A stretch of DNA of 53,064 bases from a virus (taxonomy: Duplodnaviria > Caudoviricetes), in the IMG/VR virus record IMGVR_UViG_3300018036_000012, positions 1 through 53,064 of that record. One strand, given 5' to 3'. The position numbers were made by a program, and so were the translations under genes. The notes beneath the pieces were generated by a model. The model ran no database searches and was not told the DNA's origin. It saw only the letters and a program-made list of their open reading frames with translations. This document shows, piece by piece, positions 9,698 to 18,055 of this stretch (position 1 is the first letter of the stretch; the number at the start of each line of letters is the position of its first letter).

Positions 9698-10419
9698 ATG
9701 ATGTGATAGATTGTGCATGCTTAATACATGACACACTGTATGACTGGACATATGTAGATAGACTTTATAATAGTCTATGTCGCAACCTAACACCCCAAGT
9801 TAGAATGCATGTGTACACAGAAAGCACACGTCACGTGCCTGCCCCTTACATCAAGCATGCGCTAGAAGAATGGGATGGCGTTAGGGGACCCAAGCGTAGT
9901 TGGTGGTACAAGATACAACTCTTTAACACACAAAACTGTTTAAAAGATCAAGTAAAAATGTTGTATTTTGATCTTGACACTGTCATTGTGGGGAATATCG
10001 ATTGGTTGTGGCAAGTTAACAAAGATAAATTTTGGGCAGCACGAGATTTTAAATATCTTATGAAAAGTAGTAAATGGGCAATTAATAGCAGTGTGATGTG
10101 GTTTGATATAAAGGACTATGCATATGTGTACAATGAATTTGATCCAAAATCGATCATTGATAATCCAAGATGTCCATGGCATGGAGATCAGGACTATATT
10201 TTTGAAAAAGTAAAAAACGATGTTGCGTTTTATAATTCTGACCAAATCCTCAGTTATCGATGGCAAGTAATGCACGGTGGATATGATTTTCGGTATAGAA
10301 AACACAAAGACCCTGGCGCCCCAAGTGTTGTGCCACCAGAAGCAAGTGTGCTGATATTTCACGGAAATCCCAAACCACACAGTGTTAAAGATAATATAAT
10401 ATCTCAGCATTGGTGCTAA
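9664..10419 (+). CDS. GT8-like glycosyltransferase
   Basis: WWYKIQLF, YFDLDTVI, NSSVM, GDQDYI, IFHGNPKPH. Confidence 0.85.
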   Translation: MAKKIKRLTGVNDVIDCACLIHDTLYDWTYVDRLYNSLCRNLTPQVRMHVYTESTRHVPAPYIKHALEEWDGVRGPKRSWWYKIQLFNTQNCLKDQVKMLYFDLDTVIVGNIDWLWQVNKDKFWAARDFKYLMKSSKWAINSSVMWFDIKDYAYVYNEFDPKSIIDNPRCPWHGDQDYIFEKVKNDVAFYNSDQILSYRWQVMHGGYDFRYRKHKDPGAPSVVPPEASVLIFHGNPKPHSVKDNIISQHWC

Positions 10420-10422
10420 ATA
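10415..10422 (+). promoter_or_regulatory. late promoter (gcTAAATA) overlapping the upstream stop codon
   Basis: TAAATA core recurs upstream of structural-type genes throughout the window. Confidence 0.6.
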
Positions 10423-10551
10423 CATTTGTAATAGCGCAAGCACTACAGCGGCCGCAGTTGAGTAGTGTTGTTATAATTACCGGGTATGGCTACGCACTAA
10501 AGCGGCCTGCCTAACACTGCGGGTTTGAATAAACAAGTTTAGGAAATAAAT

Positions 10552-11139
10552 ATGGCATTAAGAACAGTAAAATTGCTAGCTACAAGTGTATCAACCGCGG
10601 ATATAACCATCCTTTGGGACGGCACAGAAGTACAAACAGGTGCAGTGACTCCAGTTAGCAGAACAGGCGCCTGGGCCGGACCTGGTCCAGATTCTGAGGA
10701 AGGCTACGAGTTAATCGGAACCTGGACATTTGAAGATGATGATCACGCTGAAGTTCATGATCACACATTGAGTGTAACAGTTAATTCGGGTTCGTTAAAT
10801 CTCGGAACATTGTGGTTTAGCACAGATGGAGTAAACACCGAAGATGCATCATTGGGCAGCAAAGGTATCACTGAGAGCTATAATCTAGTAGGTGTAGGAT
10901 TTTTACAACCTTATCCATGGCCAGGTTATGCTACAATTGCTGACGGTGAATCGTGGCAGGATCACGTTGCAGATAGAAGCAACATTTTAATTAATGGGTC
11001 TGCCCCATTTGTTGCAGAAGGATATACACCAACAGGACCTAGCGATGCTCCAACATATCTTGGCTGGTTCTTTGCACTAGAAGCAGGCGATGTATTTACG
11101 TGCACAGCTAGATGCCCAGCAATATGGTCGGCTTGGTAA
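10552..11139 (+). CDS. hypothetical acidic beta-rich protein, probably virion-associated
   Basis: AGGA RBS; late promoter upstream, terminator downstream; G/T/D/S-rich. Confidence 0.65.
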   Translation: MALRTVKLLATSVSTADITILWDGTEVQTGAVTPVSRTGAWAGPGPDSEEGYELIGTWTFEDDDHAEVHDHTLSVTVNSGSLNLGTLWFSTDGVNTEDASLGSKGITESYNLVGVGFLQPYPWPGYATIADGESWQDHVADRSNILINGSAPFVAEGYTPTGPSDAPTYLGWFFALEAGDVFTCTARCPAIWSAW

Positions 11140-11161
11140 AGAATAACACATAAACTATGTT

Positions 11162-11187
11162 AAAAGCACCTTTGCGGGTGCTTTTTT
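11162..11187 (+). terminator. Rho-independent terminator (possibly bidirectional)
   Basis: aaaagcacc-tttgcg-ggtgc followed by T6. Confidence 0.85.
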
Positions 11188-11188
11188 C

Positions 11189-11217
11189 TTGACATTGTTG
11201 ATACACTATGCTAGTAT
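11189..11217 (+). promoter_or_regulatory. sigma70-type early promoter
   Basis: TTGACA-17 nt-TAGTAT with extended TG. Confidence 0.7.
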
Positions 11218-11245
11218 ATTATTATAAACGCAGGAGTACACAACT

Positions 11246-11413
11246 ATGCAAATTTCAGAGTTTAGGAAATTTTGTCAAGACAAGTGGTTTGAACACAGAG
11301 ATGAAATTTATAACTGGACCAACGAGTTAGTTTGTTACGACGACACCTATTACTTTAACAAACACAAATATGTACTCAAGCGTATGTTCAAGGAACGTAA
11401 TAATGCTAAATGA
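11246..11413 (+). CDS. small early hypothetical protein (55 aa, not in ORF track)
   Basis: AGGAG RBS, ATG 11246, MQISEFRKFCQDKWFEH...; directly behind early promoter. Confidence 0.7.
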   Translation: MQISEFRKFCQDKWFEHRDEIYNWTNELVCYDDTYYFNKHKYVLKRMFKERNNAK

Positions 11414-11633
11414 TGGATTATCACAATATCAAAAAAATCTACTAGATAAAATTTGGTCTGTGGATAAAGAAAGCGATCTACTTGATTGGGTTGTTACATT
11501 ACCACCTAAGCAACGTGACGAAGTTGCTGTACTAGTTGAGTTAGTTATACTTGACAGTATTGATGCATTAGTCAATGATATGAGTACATACACCGATGCA
11601 CTTAACATGATTATAAAGTGCAAAAAGAGTTAA
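11403..11633 (+). CDS. small hypothetical protein
   Basis: ATG 11403 overlaps previous ORF end; MLNDGLSQYQKNLLDKIW. Confidence 0.65.
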   Translation: MLNDGLSQYQKNLLDKIWSVDKESDLLDWVVTLPPKQRDEVAVLVELVILDSIDALVNDMSTYTDALNMIIKCKKS

Positions 11634-11637
11634 TACA

Positions 11638-11730
11638 ATGAATAAACTTATATGGCAAATCATACACGTATCTTTGACTGTTGCATTTATTGTAATTCCT
11701 GTAATTGCAATAGCATTGATCGTTATTTAA
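11638..11730 (+). CDS. 30-aa single-TM peptide
   Basis: MNKLIWQIIHVSLTVAFIVIPVIAIALIVI; fills the gap in the early operon. Confidence 0.45.
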   Translation: MNKLIWQIIHVSLTVAFIVIPVIAIALIVI

Positions 11731-11750
11731 GATAAAGAAAGGAAATTATA

Positions 11751-11921
11751 TTGTCAAATCATGAACCCACCCCGCAAGAGGTTATTGACGAATGGCTAGC
11801 CAAGGGCAACGAAATCACAGTCTGTGAACCTAATGCTCGCACTGAAGAACTTTTGATAAATCCATGGCAACGCAAACGAGGACGGCCAAAAGCAAACCCA
11901 GGACCCAAGGGTAAAAAATGA
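11751..11921 (+). CDS. 56-aa protein with C-terminal AT-hook
   Basis: AAAGGA RBS, TTG start; IDEWLAKGNEITVC then RKRGRPK. Confidence 0.6.
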   Translation: MSNHEPTPQEVIDEWLAKGNEITVCEPNARTEELLINPWQRKRGRPKANPGPKGKK

Positions 11922-12013
11922 CGAGTTCATTTAAAAATTTAGCAATTCGATTTACTTCCGATGTTATGTCTTTAATTGCACTTGTTGGAATTATTTGCTA
12001 TATTGTTAACTAA
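11918..12013 (+). CDS. 31-aa putative membrane peptide
   Basis: ATGA overlap; hydrophobic C-terminal half. Confidence 0.4.
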   Translation: MTSSFKNLAIRFTSDVMSLIALVGIICYIVN

Positions 12014-12017
12014 AAGG

Positions 12018-12046
12018 TTGACAGCACGATAAAACTATCTTATAAT
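12018..12046 (+). promoter_or_regulatory. consensus sigma70 early promoter
   Basis: Perfect TTGACA-17 nt-TATAAT. Confidence 0.9.
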
Positions 12047-12089
12047 GTTATACATAAGCTAAAAAAGCAAACACTGTAAGGAGCTAGAA

Positions 12090-12905
12090 ATGCCTAAACT
12101 AAAGCAAAAACAAGCAGAAACAATTAAATTTGAATCCGATGATGCAGTAATGAAACGCATTGAAACTCGATTCGATATCTTACACGATATGACCAAAGCG
12201 GTTATCGCAGGCGATGTTCGTGCAATGATTGTAACTGGACCTCCGGGTGTGGGTAAATCATATGGTGTTGAAAAAGAACTAGACAAAAGTTCGATGATGG
12301 ATGCTATTGCTGGGCGCAGTATCAAATATGAAGTAGTTAAAGGTGCAATGACTGCACTAGGATTGTATGCTAAATTATATGAACACGCAGACAAGAATCA
12401 TGTGCTGGTATTTGATGACTGTGACAGTGTGCTAATGGATGAGCTCAGTCTCAACATCCTAAAAGCTGCACTAGACAGTGGCAAGAAGCGTGTACTGCAT
12501 TGGAATGCAGATAGTGCAAAACTTCGTGCAGAAGGTATTCCAAACAAGTTTGAATTCAAAGGCGGTGTTATTTTTATTACCAACGTTAAGTTTGAAAACA
12601 TTCGCAGCAAAAAAATGCAGGATCACCTCGAAGCATTGCAGAGCCGTTGTCACTATCTAGATCTTACATTGGATACAATGCGTGACAAATATCTGCGCAT
12701 CAAACAAATTTGCAACACAGGCGAACTGTTTAATGGATACGATATATCCAAAGAACAAGAAAACGCAATACTTGACTTTATGAACGACAAAAAAGAAACA
12801 CTACGTGAAATGAGTTTACGTATGGCACTCAAAATAGCTGATCTTACAAAAGTATCTCCGAATTGGAAAGAACTTGCAGAGAACACTGTTATGCGCCGTA
12901 GGTGA
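12090..12905 (+). CDS. phage AAA+ ATPase
   Basis: Walker A GPPGVGKS, Walker B VLVFDDCD, sensor-1 FITN, Arg finger ALQSR; AAGGAG RBS. Confidence 0.85.
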   Translation: MPKLKQKQAETIKFESDDAVMKRIETRFDILHDMTKAVIAGDVRAMIVTGPPGVGKSYGVEKELDKSSMMDAIAGRSIKYEVVKGAMTALGLYAKLYEHADKNHVLVFDDCDSVLMDELSLNILKAALDSGKKRVLHWNADSAKLRAEGIPNKFEFKGGVIFITNVKFENIRSKKMQDHLEALQSRCHYLDLTLDTMRDKYLRIKQICNTGELFNGYDISKEQENAILDFMNDKKETLREMSLRMALKIADLTKVSPNWKELAENTVMRRR

Positions 12906-12947
12906 AGTAGATCGCCAGATATCTAGCTCCTAGGCGATCTAAAACTT

Positions 12948-12983
12948 GACGGGCAGTTGCAACAATGCGCTGCCCGTCCTTTT
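12948..12983 (+). terminator. GC-rich hairpin, probable terminator
   Basis: gacgggcag...ctgcccgtc 9-bp stem followed by ctttt. Confidence 0.65.
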
Positions 12984-13002
12984 AAGAGAAAAACAAAATT
13001 AC

Positions 13003-13875
13003 ATGAAGAACATAACTGTTAGGCTTAGTAAAAAAGACAATCATCAAGATACCTATGATTTAAACTTTGATTTAATCTCTAGTAGTTTCCTGCCAAAATG
13101 GATTGATAGATTCTTACACGCACAACAACGCCAAGATGCTATTAGCGAACCTTGGGCATTGTACAATCTCAATGATCAGTGGAATGCACAGTATACAGTT
13201 GATTTTTTAAATCAAAATATCAACACTTGTAATAGCATACACCCAGGTATGTTTACTAGAAATATTTCTGACATCGATGATCAAGATACCTTGAATTACC
13301 TGCACAGTGTATTTGAGTTGCACCATGGACAATTAGATACTTGGCAAACTAATCCTATTTTTCAGACTGAACAAGGAAATCAATTACGACAGTGCCTTAG
13401 TCATATCAATCAAACTGTACATCGTTGCGAAGGGCATACACGCCTTGATCCAAAATTTAGAGTGGTGTACTTTGATTTGCCAAAGACTAAGCGGTTCACC
13501 GAAGATGATTATAAGTTATTTGTAAACACTGTTGACTTTGGTGGAATGTACACTCTGTATGCTGATGTTGGCAAGCCGCTGGACGCACTAGCAATCGATG
13601 ATGACGACCACCATCATGATTTTGTTCCAAATTTGCACTACAGTGTAGACTTCCAAGTTGGTTTTTATGATAACACTGACAACTTTTTTATTCATAAATG
13701 CAAAGAGTTTTATGATGCTAATGCAACATACTTCAATGATAAAGGCTACCAATGGGGCGACCCTGAGCTAACCACTGGGCATATCAAAATAGCACAGTTA
13801 AGGTATGACAACAAGCAATTAGTTTTAGACAACTTAAAAAATTACAACAACATACAATCAGTATTTGTTTATTAA
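13003..13875 (+). CDS. hypothetical phage protein
   Basis: Long ORF; start moved to ATG 13003 after the hairpin; His-containing motifs LNYLH..FE and HINQTVHRCE. Confidence 0.7.
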   Translation: MKNITVRLSKKDNHQDTYDLNFDLISSSFLPKWIDRFLHAQQRQDAISEPWALYNLNDQWNAQYTVDFLNQNINTCNSIHPGMFTRNISDIDDQDTLNYLHSVFELHHGQLDTWQTNPIFQTEQGNQLRQCLSHINQTVHRCEGHTRLDPKFRVVYFDLPKTKRFTEDDYKLFVNTVDFGGMYTLYADVGKPLDALAIDDDDHHHDFVPNLHYSVDFQVGFYDNTDNFFIHKCKEFYDANATYFNDKGYQWGDPELTTGHIKIAQLRYDNKQLVLDNLKNYNNIQSVFVY

Positions 13876-13885
13876 CCAATATAGC

Positions 13886-13914
13886 TTGACTATATGGAAA
13901 AAATGTGGTACAAT
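13886..13914 (+). promoter_or_regulatory. sigma70-type promoter giving a probable leaderless uvsW mRNA
   Basis: TTGACT-17 nt-TACAAT with extended TG; ATG 5 nt after the -10; no SD. Confidence 0.75.
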
Positions 13915-13919
13915 ACATT

Positions 13920-15383
13920 ATGAGAACAGCAACACTAGTAATAAACGACGAAGTCAACTTAAAAATCACTGGCTTAGAACTGGATGTTCGCAAGAAGCTG
14001 GTTAACACTTTTAAGTATGATGTGCCACATGCAAGATATTTGCCGGCAGTGCGACTAGGCCGATGGGATGGCAAAGTTGCATACTTCCAAATGGGTGGCA
14101 GTACATATTTAAACTTGCTGCCCGACATTATTCCTATACTTGAAGACTTTAACTACGATATCGAAGTCCAAGACAATAGAGATTATCGAACCACGTTTAA
14201 GTTTGAGCCGGTTACTGAGGAATCTTATGCTGATATACTTTGGCCAAAGAATCATCCAGCAGTGGGGCAGCCAGTTAAGCTGCGTGATTACCAAGTTGAA
14301 ATTGTAAACAGTTTTTTAGAAAACCCACAATGTATACAAGAAATTGCAACAGGTGCAGGCAAGACTATTATGACTGCGGCATTAAGCGAACGTGTCGAAA
14401 CTTACGGACGCAGTATTATTATTGTGCCAAACAAAAGTCTGGTAACACAAACTGAAGCAGACTATATAAACATGCAATTAGATGTGGGTGTGTTTTATGG
14501 TGATAGAAAAGAATTTGGGCACAAGCACACAATCTGTACATGGCAAAGCTTGAATGTACTGCTAAAGAATACCAAGAATCATAAAGTGGATATTACAATA
14601 CACGAGTTCTTAGAGGACGTAGTAGCTGTTATTGTTGACGAAGTTCACATGGCAAAAGCAGATGCACTAAAAACACTGCTAACTGGTGTAATGAGTCAGA
14701 TACCACTGCGCTGGGGATTAACAGGCACAGTGCCCAAAGAACAATTTGAATTTCAAGCACTGCACGTTGGGCTGGGCCCAGTGATCAATCAACTTGCAGC
14801 CAGCGAGCTACAGGAAAAGGGCGTACTTGCAAACTGCCATGTGAATGTTGTGCAACTAGTAGACAATGCTGAGTTTACAAACTATCAAAGTGAACTAAAA
14901 TATCTGTTCGAAGACAAGGGCAGACTAGACACAATCTCTGGAGTAGTTTTAGAAGTAAACAAAACCGGTAATACTCTTGTGCTAGTAGACCGTATTAGTG
15001 CCGGACATGAACTACTGAGCAGACTAGGCGACAACGCTGTATTTGTTAGTGGCGCAACTAAATCCAAAGACCGACAAGATGAGTATGATGAAATAGCCAC
15101 ATCAACTGGTAAAATTATTATTGCAACATACGGTGTTGCGGCTGTGGGTATTAATTTACCACGTATTTTTAATCTTGTGTTACTCGAACCTGGTAAGAGT
15201 TTTGTGCGAGTTATACAAAGTATTGGCCGCGGTATTCGAAAAGCAGAAGATAAAGATCATGTGCAAATTTGGGACATAACATCAACTTGTAGATTTGCTA
15301 AAAGGCACTTAACCAAACGTAAACAATTTTACAAAGAAGCAAACTATCCATTTACTGTAGAAAAGTTGAAATGGGAGGAGTAA
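13920..15383 (+). CDS. uvsW: UvsW-like SF2 DNA helicase
   Basis: Q-motif LRDYQ, ATGAGKT, DEVH, GLTGT, QSIGRGIR; N-terminal WDGK motif. Confidence 0.92.
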   Translation: MRTATLVINDEVNLKITGLELDVRKKLVNTFKYDVPHARYLPAVRLGRWDGKVAYFQMGGSTYLNLLPDIIPILEDFNYDIEVQDNRDYRTTFKFEPVTEESYADILWPKNHPAVGQPVKLRDYQVEIVNSFLENPQCIQEIATGAGKTIMTAALSERVETYGRSIIIVPNKSLVTQTEADYINMQLDVGVFYGDRKEFGHKHTICTWQSLNVLLKNTKNHKVDITIHEFLEDVVAVIVDEVHMAKADALKTLLTGVMSQIPLRWGLTGTVPKEQFEFQALHVGLGPVINQLAASELQEKGVLANCHVNVVQLVDNAEFTNYQSELKYLFEDKGRLDTISGVVLEVNKTGNTLVLVDRISAGHELLSRLGDNAVFVSGATKSKDRQDEYDEIATSTGKIIIATYGVAAVGINLPRIFNLVLLEPGKSFVRVIQSIGRGIRKAEDKDHVQIWDITSTCRFAKRHLTKRKQFYKEANYPFTVEKLKWEE

Positions 15384-15389
15384 GACCAA

Positions 15390-16052
15390 ATGAAATATGT
15401 ATCAATAGCATTTTTACCCGGATCGTGTGGTAACTTTTTTTCTAGGTGTTTAAACTTATTAAATAATGCACATTGTTATAAGATGCCCGATGATATCGAG
15501 TTAACAACTAGCAACAAGCTTAAAATTTTAAATTACACATCTGTGATTAATAAATCATTTAATACTCGAAACTGGCCCGAATTTGAATTTACATATGATT
15601 TTGTAGAGCATGACCCTACTTTGCCACCTGATGCAGTGCACATTGTACTTGGTCACCCGGTGACTGATAGTTATTCGCACACAAACCCGCACGATTTAGC
15701 AGGTCGAGATGATGAAGTCTACAATTTTTATATAGACACAGGCGATCACTTTGAATGGGCTTATATGAATGCACTATTCAAAGATAGTTCGCTACAAGCA
15801 AACTGGTTTCAAAACGGGCAAGCAATGCTTCGTAACTCTGATGTGCATAAAATTCAGTTAAAAAACTTTTTAAGTGATTGGGAAGATTTTAAAGTAGAAT
15901 TTATAAAAACATGCACTATAATTGGCCGTAACCCAAGCATACATGAGCTAAATGCAGTAAAGACATTATACGGGCAATGGAAGCAAACAAGACTTGAGTA
16001 TAAAGACCTGGACTCTTTTAAAAAACTACTAGGATTCATCCGGGATAATTGA
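15390..16052 (+). CDS. divergent sulfotransferase-like/P-loop hypothetical protein
   Basis: N-terminal IAFLPGSCGNFFSRCL resembles a degenerate PAPS-binding loop. Confidence 0.4.
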   Translation: MKYVSIAFLPGSCGNFFSRCLNLLNNAHCYKMPDDIELTTSNKLKILNYTSVINKSFNTRNWPEFEFTYDFVEHDPTLPPDAVHIVLGHPVTDSYSHTNPHDLAGRDDEVYNFYIDTGDHFEWAYMNALFKDSSLQANWFQNGQAMLRNSDVHKIQLKNFLSDWEDFKVEFIKTCTIIGRNPSIHELNAVKTLYGQWKQTRLEYKDLDSFKKLLGFIRDN

Positions 16053-16077
16053 CAATGTTAATAACATTGTGTATACT
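16049..16077 (+). promoter_or_regulatory. sigma70-type promoter
   Basis: TTGACA-17 nt-TATACT. Confidence 0.8.
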
Positions 16078-16122
16078 AGTAACACAAAATTTAAATACCA
16101 ATAATAGAGAATGTAAAAAACT

Positions 16123-16623
16123 ATGAAAATATTAACACTAGATAATACTGTATTCGAGTTGGATGCATTGCCGGAAGAAATTGATGATATGCGTTTTGCA
16201 ATCTTTGATAATAGCGATCCAGCAAATCCGGATCATTTTTACATTCCGTTGATTTTTTTAGAAACGTTTAACAGTCCAGCTCTGGTTCTTAAAATTGGCA
16301 ATACTACTATGAAAATGCCCATAGATTGGCAAGTGTTGATTGGCGAACCAGATGTAGGCGATTTAGAAATGCTGGCACTTACTAGTATCAATGACAGAGG
16401 ATTCAAAGTCTTTGAATTTAACCCATTGACTAGTTTTGCTCCTACTTACTTGGACATTGAAATTGTTGATGTGTATCAAGATGTAACTTGGTATGTGCCG
16501 AAGTTGAAGAATGGACAGATGCTGGCAGTACCAATTGATGACAGCCCTAATCCCCGCTGTGTGTACTTTGTTAAAGATATCTCTAGGAACTGTGAAATTG
16601 TTGACATCACGCAGGCATTTTAA
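16123..16623 (+). CDS. beta-rich phage protein in the replication block (possible degenerate Hint fold)
   Basis: 166-aa ORF; pattern resemblance only. Confidence 0.7.
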   Translation: MKILTLDNTVFELDALPEEIDDMRFAIFDNSDPANPDHFYIPLIFLETFNSPALVLKIGNTTMKMPIDWQVLIGEPDVGDLEMLALTSINDRGFKVFEFNPLTSFAPTYLDIEIVDVYQDVTWYVPKLKNGQMLAVPIDDSPNPRCVYFVKDISRNCEIVDITQAF

Positions 16624-17072
16624 TGAGTGACAAGCTTAACATAGCAAACGAAATGCGTTGCTTTGATAGTAAAGACCGAGACTTTTACGACAGTCTCACT
16701 GATGAAGAGCGCAAAAAGTTTTCAAACTATCTGATGATACGCTGGGGAAGCAGTGTGCAGGGAAGCAGCGAGCTACAAGAATATTACTTGATATCCTGCA
16801 ACGAGCGTTTTAACAAGCATTTTTTTGACATCAACAAACATCCAAAACTACAATGGTTGTGTGCAACAAGTGTCAGTCCAGGTATGGGAAATCACAGACA
16901 CCAATGGATTGCGCCAAAGAAAAAAGACAAAGGCAACAGCATAGCAAAGAAAACGTTGATGGAGTTGTATCCTACAATGAAGGCAGATGAAATTGACTTA
17001 CTAAGTAAGTTAATAACCAACAAAGAACTGAAGGAATTCATGCGTGACAGCGGCACCGCAGACAAAAAGTGA
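16623..17072 (+). CDS. putative clamp-loader small subunit (gp62-like)
   Basis: FSNYLMIRW...N......HPKLQW....HQWI pattern like T4 gp62; replication context. Confidence 0.55.
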   Translation: MSDKLNIANEMRCFDSKDRDFYDSLTDEERKKFSNYLMIRWGSSVQGSSELQEYYLISCNERFNKHFFDINKHPKLQWLCATSVSPGMGNHRHQWIAPKKKDKGNSIAKKTLMELYPTMKADEIDLLSKLITNKELKEFMRDSGTADKK

Positions 17073-17745
17073 AGTCTATGTTTGCAAATATTGCAAGCGT
17101 GAGTTCAAACGAGAAAACAGTTTGTCTGTTCATTTGTGTGAACCAAAAAAGAGATTTCAAGAAGAAAAAGAAGTAGGTGTACAAATAGGTTTACAAGCCT
17201 ATTTGCGTTTCTATGAAACAACACAGGGCAGTGCTAAAATAAAAACATTTGCAGATTTTGCTAAAAGTCCGTACTATAAAGCGTTTGTAACATGGGGAAG
17301 ACATTGCCAAGCTATTAATGCTATAAACGTGCCCAAGTTTTTAAACTGGTTGCTCTCGAATAATAAAAAGATAGATCACTGGTGTAAAGAAGCATTGTAT
17401 GATGAATACTTGCAACAATACATAAAACGTGAGGCACTACAAGATGCACTTGAGCGTGGTATTAAGTACAGCATGAAATGGAGTGACAAAACTGGCAATC
17501 CGTCACACGACTTTTTAAGATATGGAAACGAAAACACTGTAGCATTTGCAATATCAACTGGACGCATTAGTCCATGGTTGTTGTTTAACAGCAAGTCTGG
17601 ACAAGATTATCTTGAGAACATGAATGGTGATCAAATTAAAATAGTGTGGCCTTGGATTGATCCAGACTTTTGGCAGAAAAAGTTTAAAGATTATCCAGAT
17701 GACAAAGCGTATGCAGAAGAAATACTTAAACGTGCAGGCTGGTAA
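17044..17745 (+). CDS. zinc-finger-containing phage protein
   Basis: N-terminal CKYC...F...SLSVHLC; C-terminal GRISPW. Confidence 0.7.
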   Translation: MTAAPQTKSEVYVCKYCKREFKRENSLSVHLCEPKKRFQEEKEVGVQIGLQAYLRFYETTQGSAKIKTFADFAKSPYYKAFVTWGRHCQAINAINVPKFLNWLLSNNKKIDHWCKEALYDEYLQQYIKREALQDALERGIKYSMKWSDKTGNPSHDFLRYGNENTVAFAISTGRISPWLLFNSKSGQDYLENMNGDQIKIVWPWIDPDFWQKKFKDYPDDKAYAEEILKRAGW

Positions 17746-17748
17746 AGG

Positions 17749-17777
17749 TTGACAAGTTGTATTATGTGTGTTATAAG
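17749..17777 (+). promoter_or_regulatory. sigma70-type promoter
   Basis: TTGACA-17 nt-TATAAG with extended TG. Confidence 0.65.
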
Positions 17778-17800
17778 TAAAGCAACAAAAGGAGATACCA

Positions 17801-18055
17801 ATGGGACTAACTCGACCAAAGATTTCACAAGTTAAATCGAAACCCAAGCACAAAGACAAAAAGTTTTATCTTAGTGTGATAAAAGTAGCTGCATATCTAG
17901 GTGCATGTTATGCACTGTACAACGGTGGTGTTGTGCTTGGCGAAGCAATCTATGTTGCAGAGCTGCCAGCAGTTAATCTTGGGCAATGGTTTACATATGC
18001 AGCAGGGTTGTTTTTGGTGGCAAATATTACTTCGTTTATTCGCGACTTAGTATGA
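17801..18055 (+). CDS. small 2-TM membrane protein
   Basis: AAGGAG RBS; basic N-terminus and two hydrophobic segments. Confidence 0.7.
   Translation: MGLTRPKISQVKSKPKHKDKKFYLSVIKVAAYLGACYALYNGGVVLGEAIYVAELPAVNLGQWFTYAAGLFLVANITSFIRDLV

Noticed and set aside
3-10419. Cellular (host) capsule/LPS locus or chimeric contig
   Set aside because: No wzx/wzy/ABC export genes, and it shares the late promoter motif, gene packing and composition of the phage genes
10505-10525. GCCTAACACTGC resembling a twister ribozyme cleavage segment
   Set aside because: The P2 partner, P4 and pseudoknot elements could not be placed in any permutation
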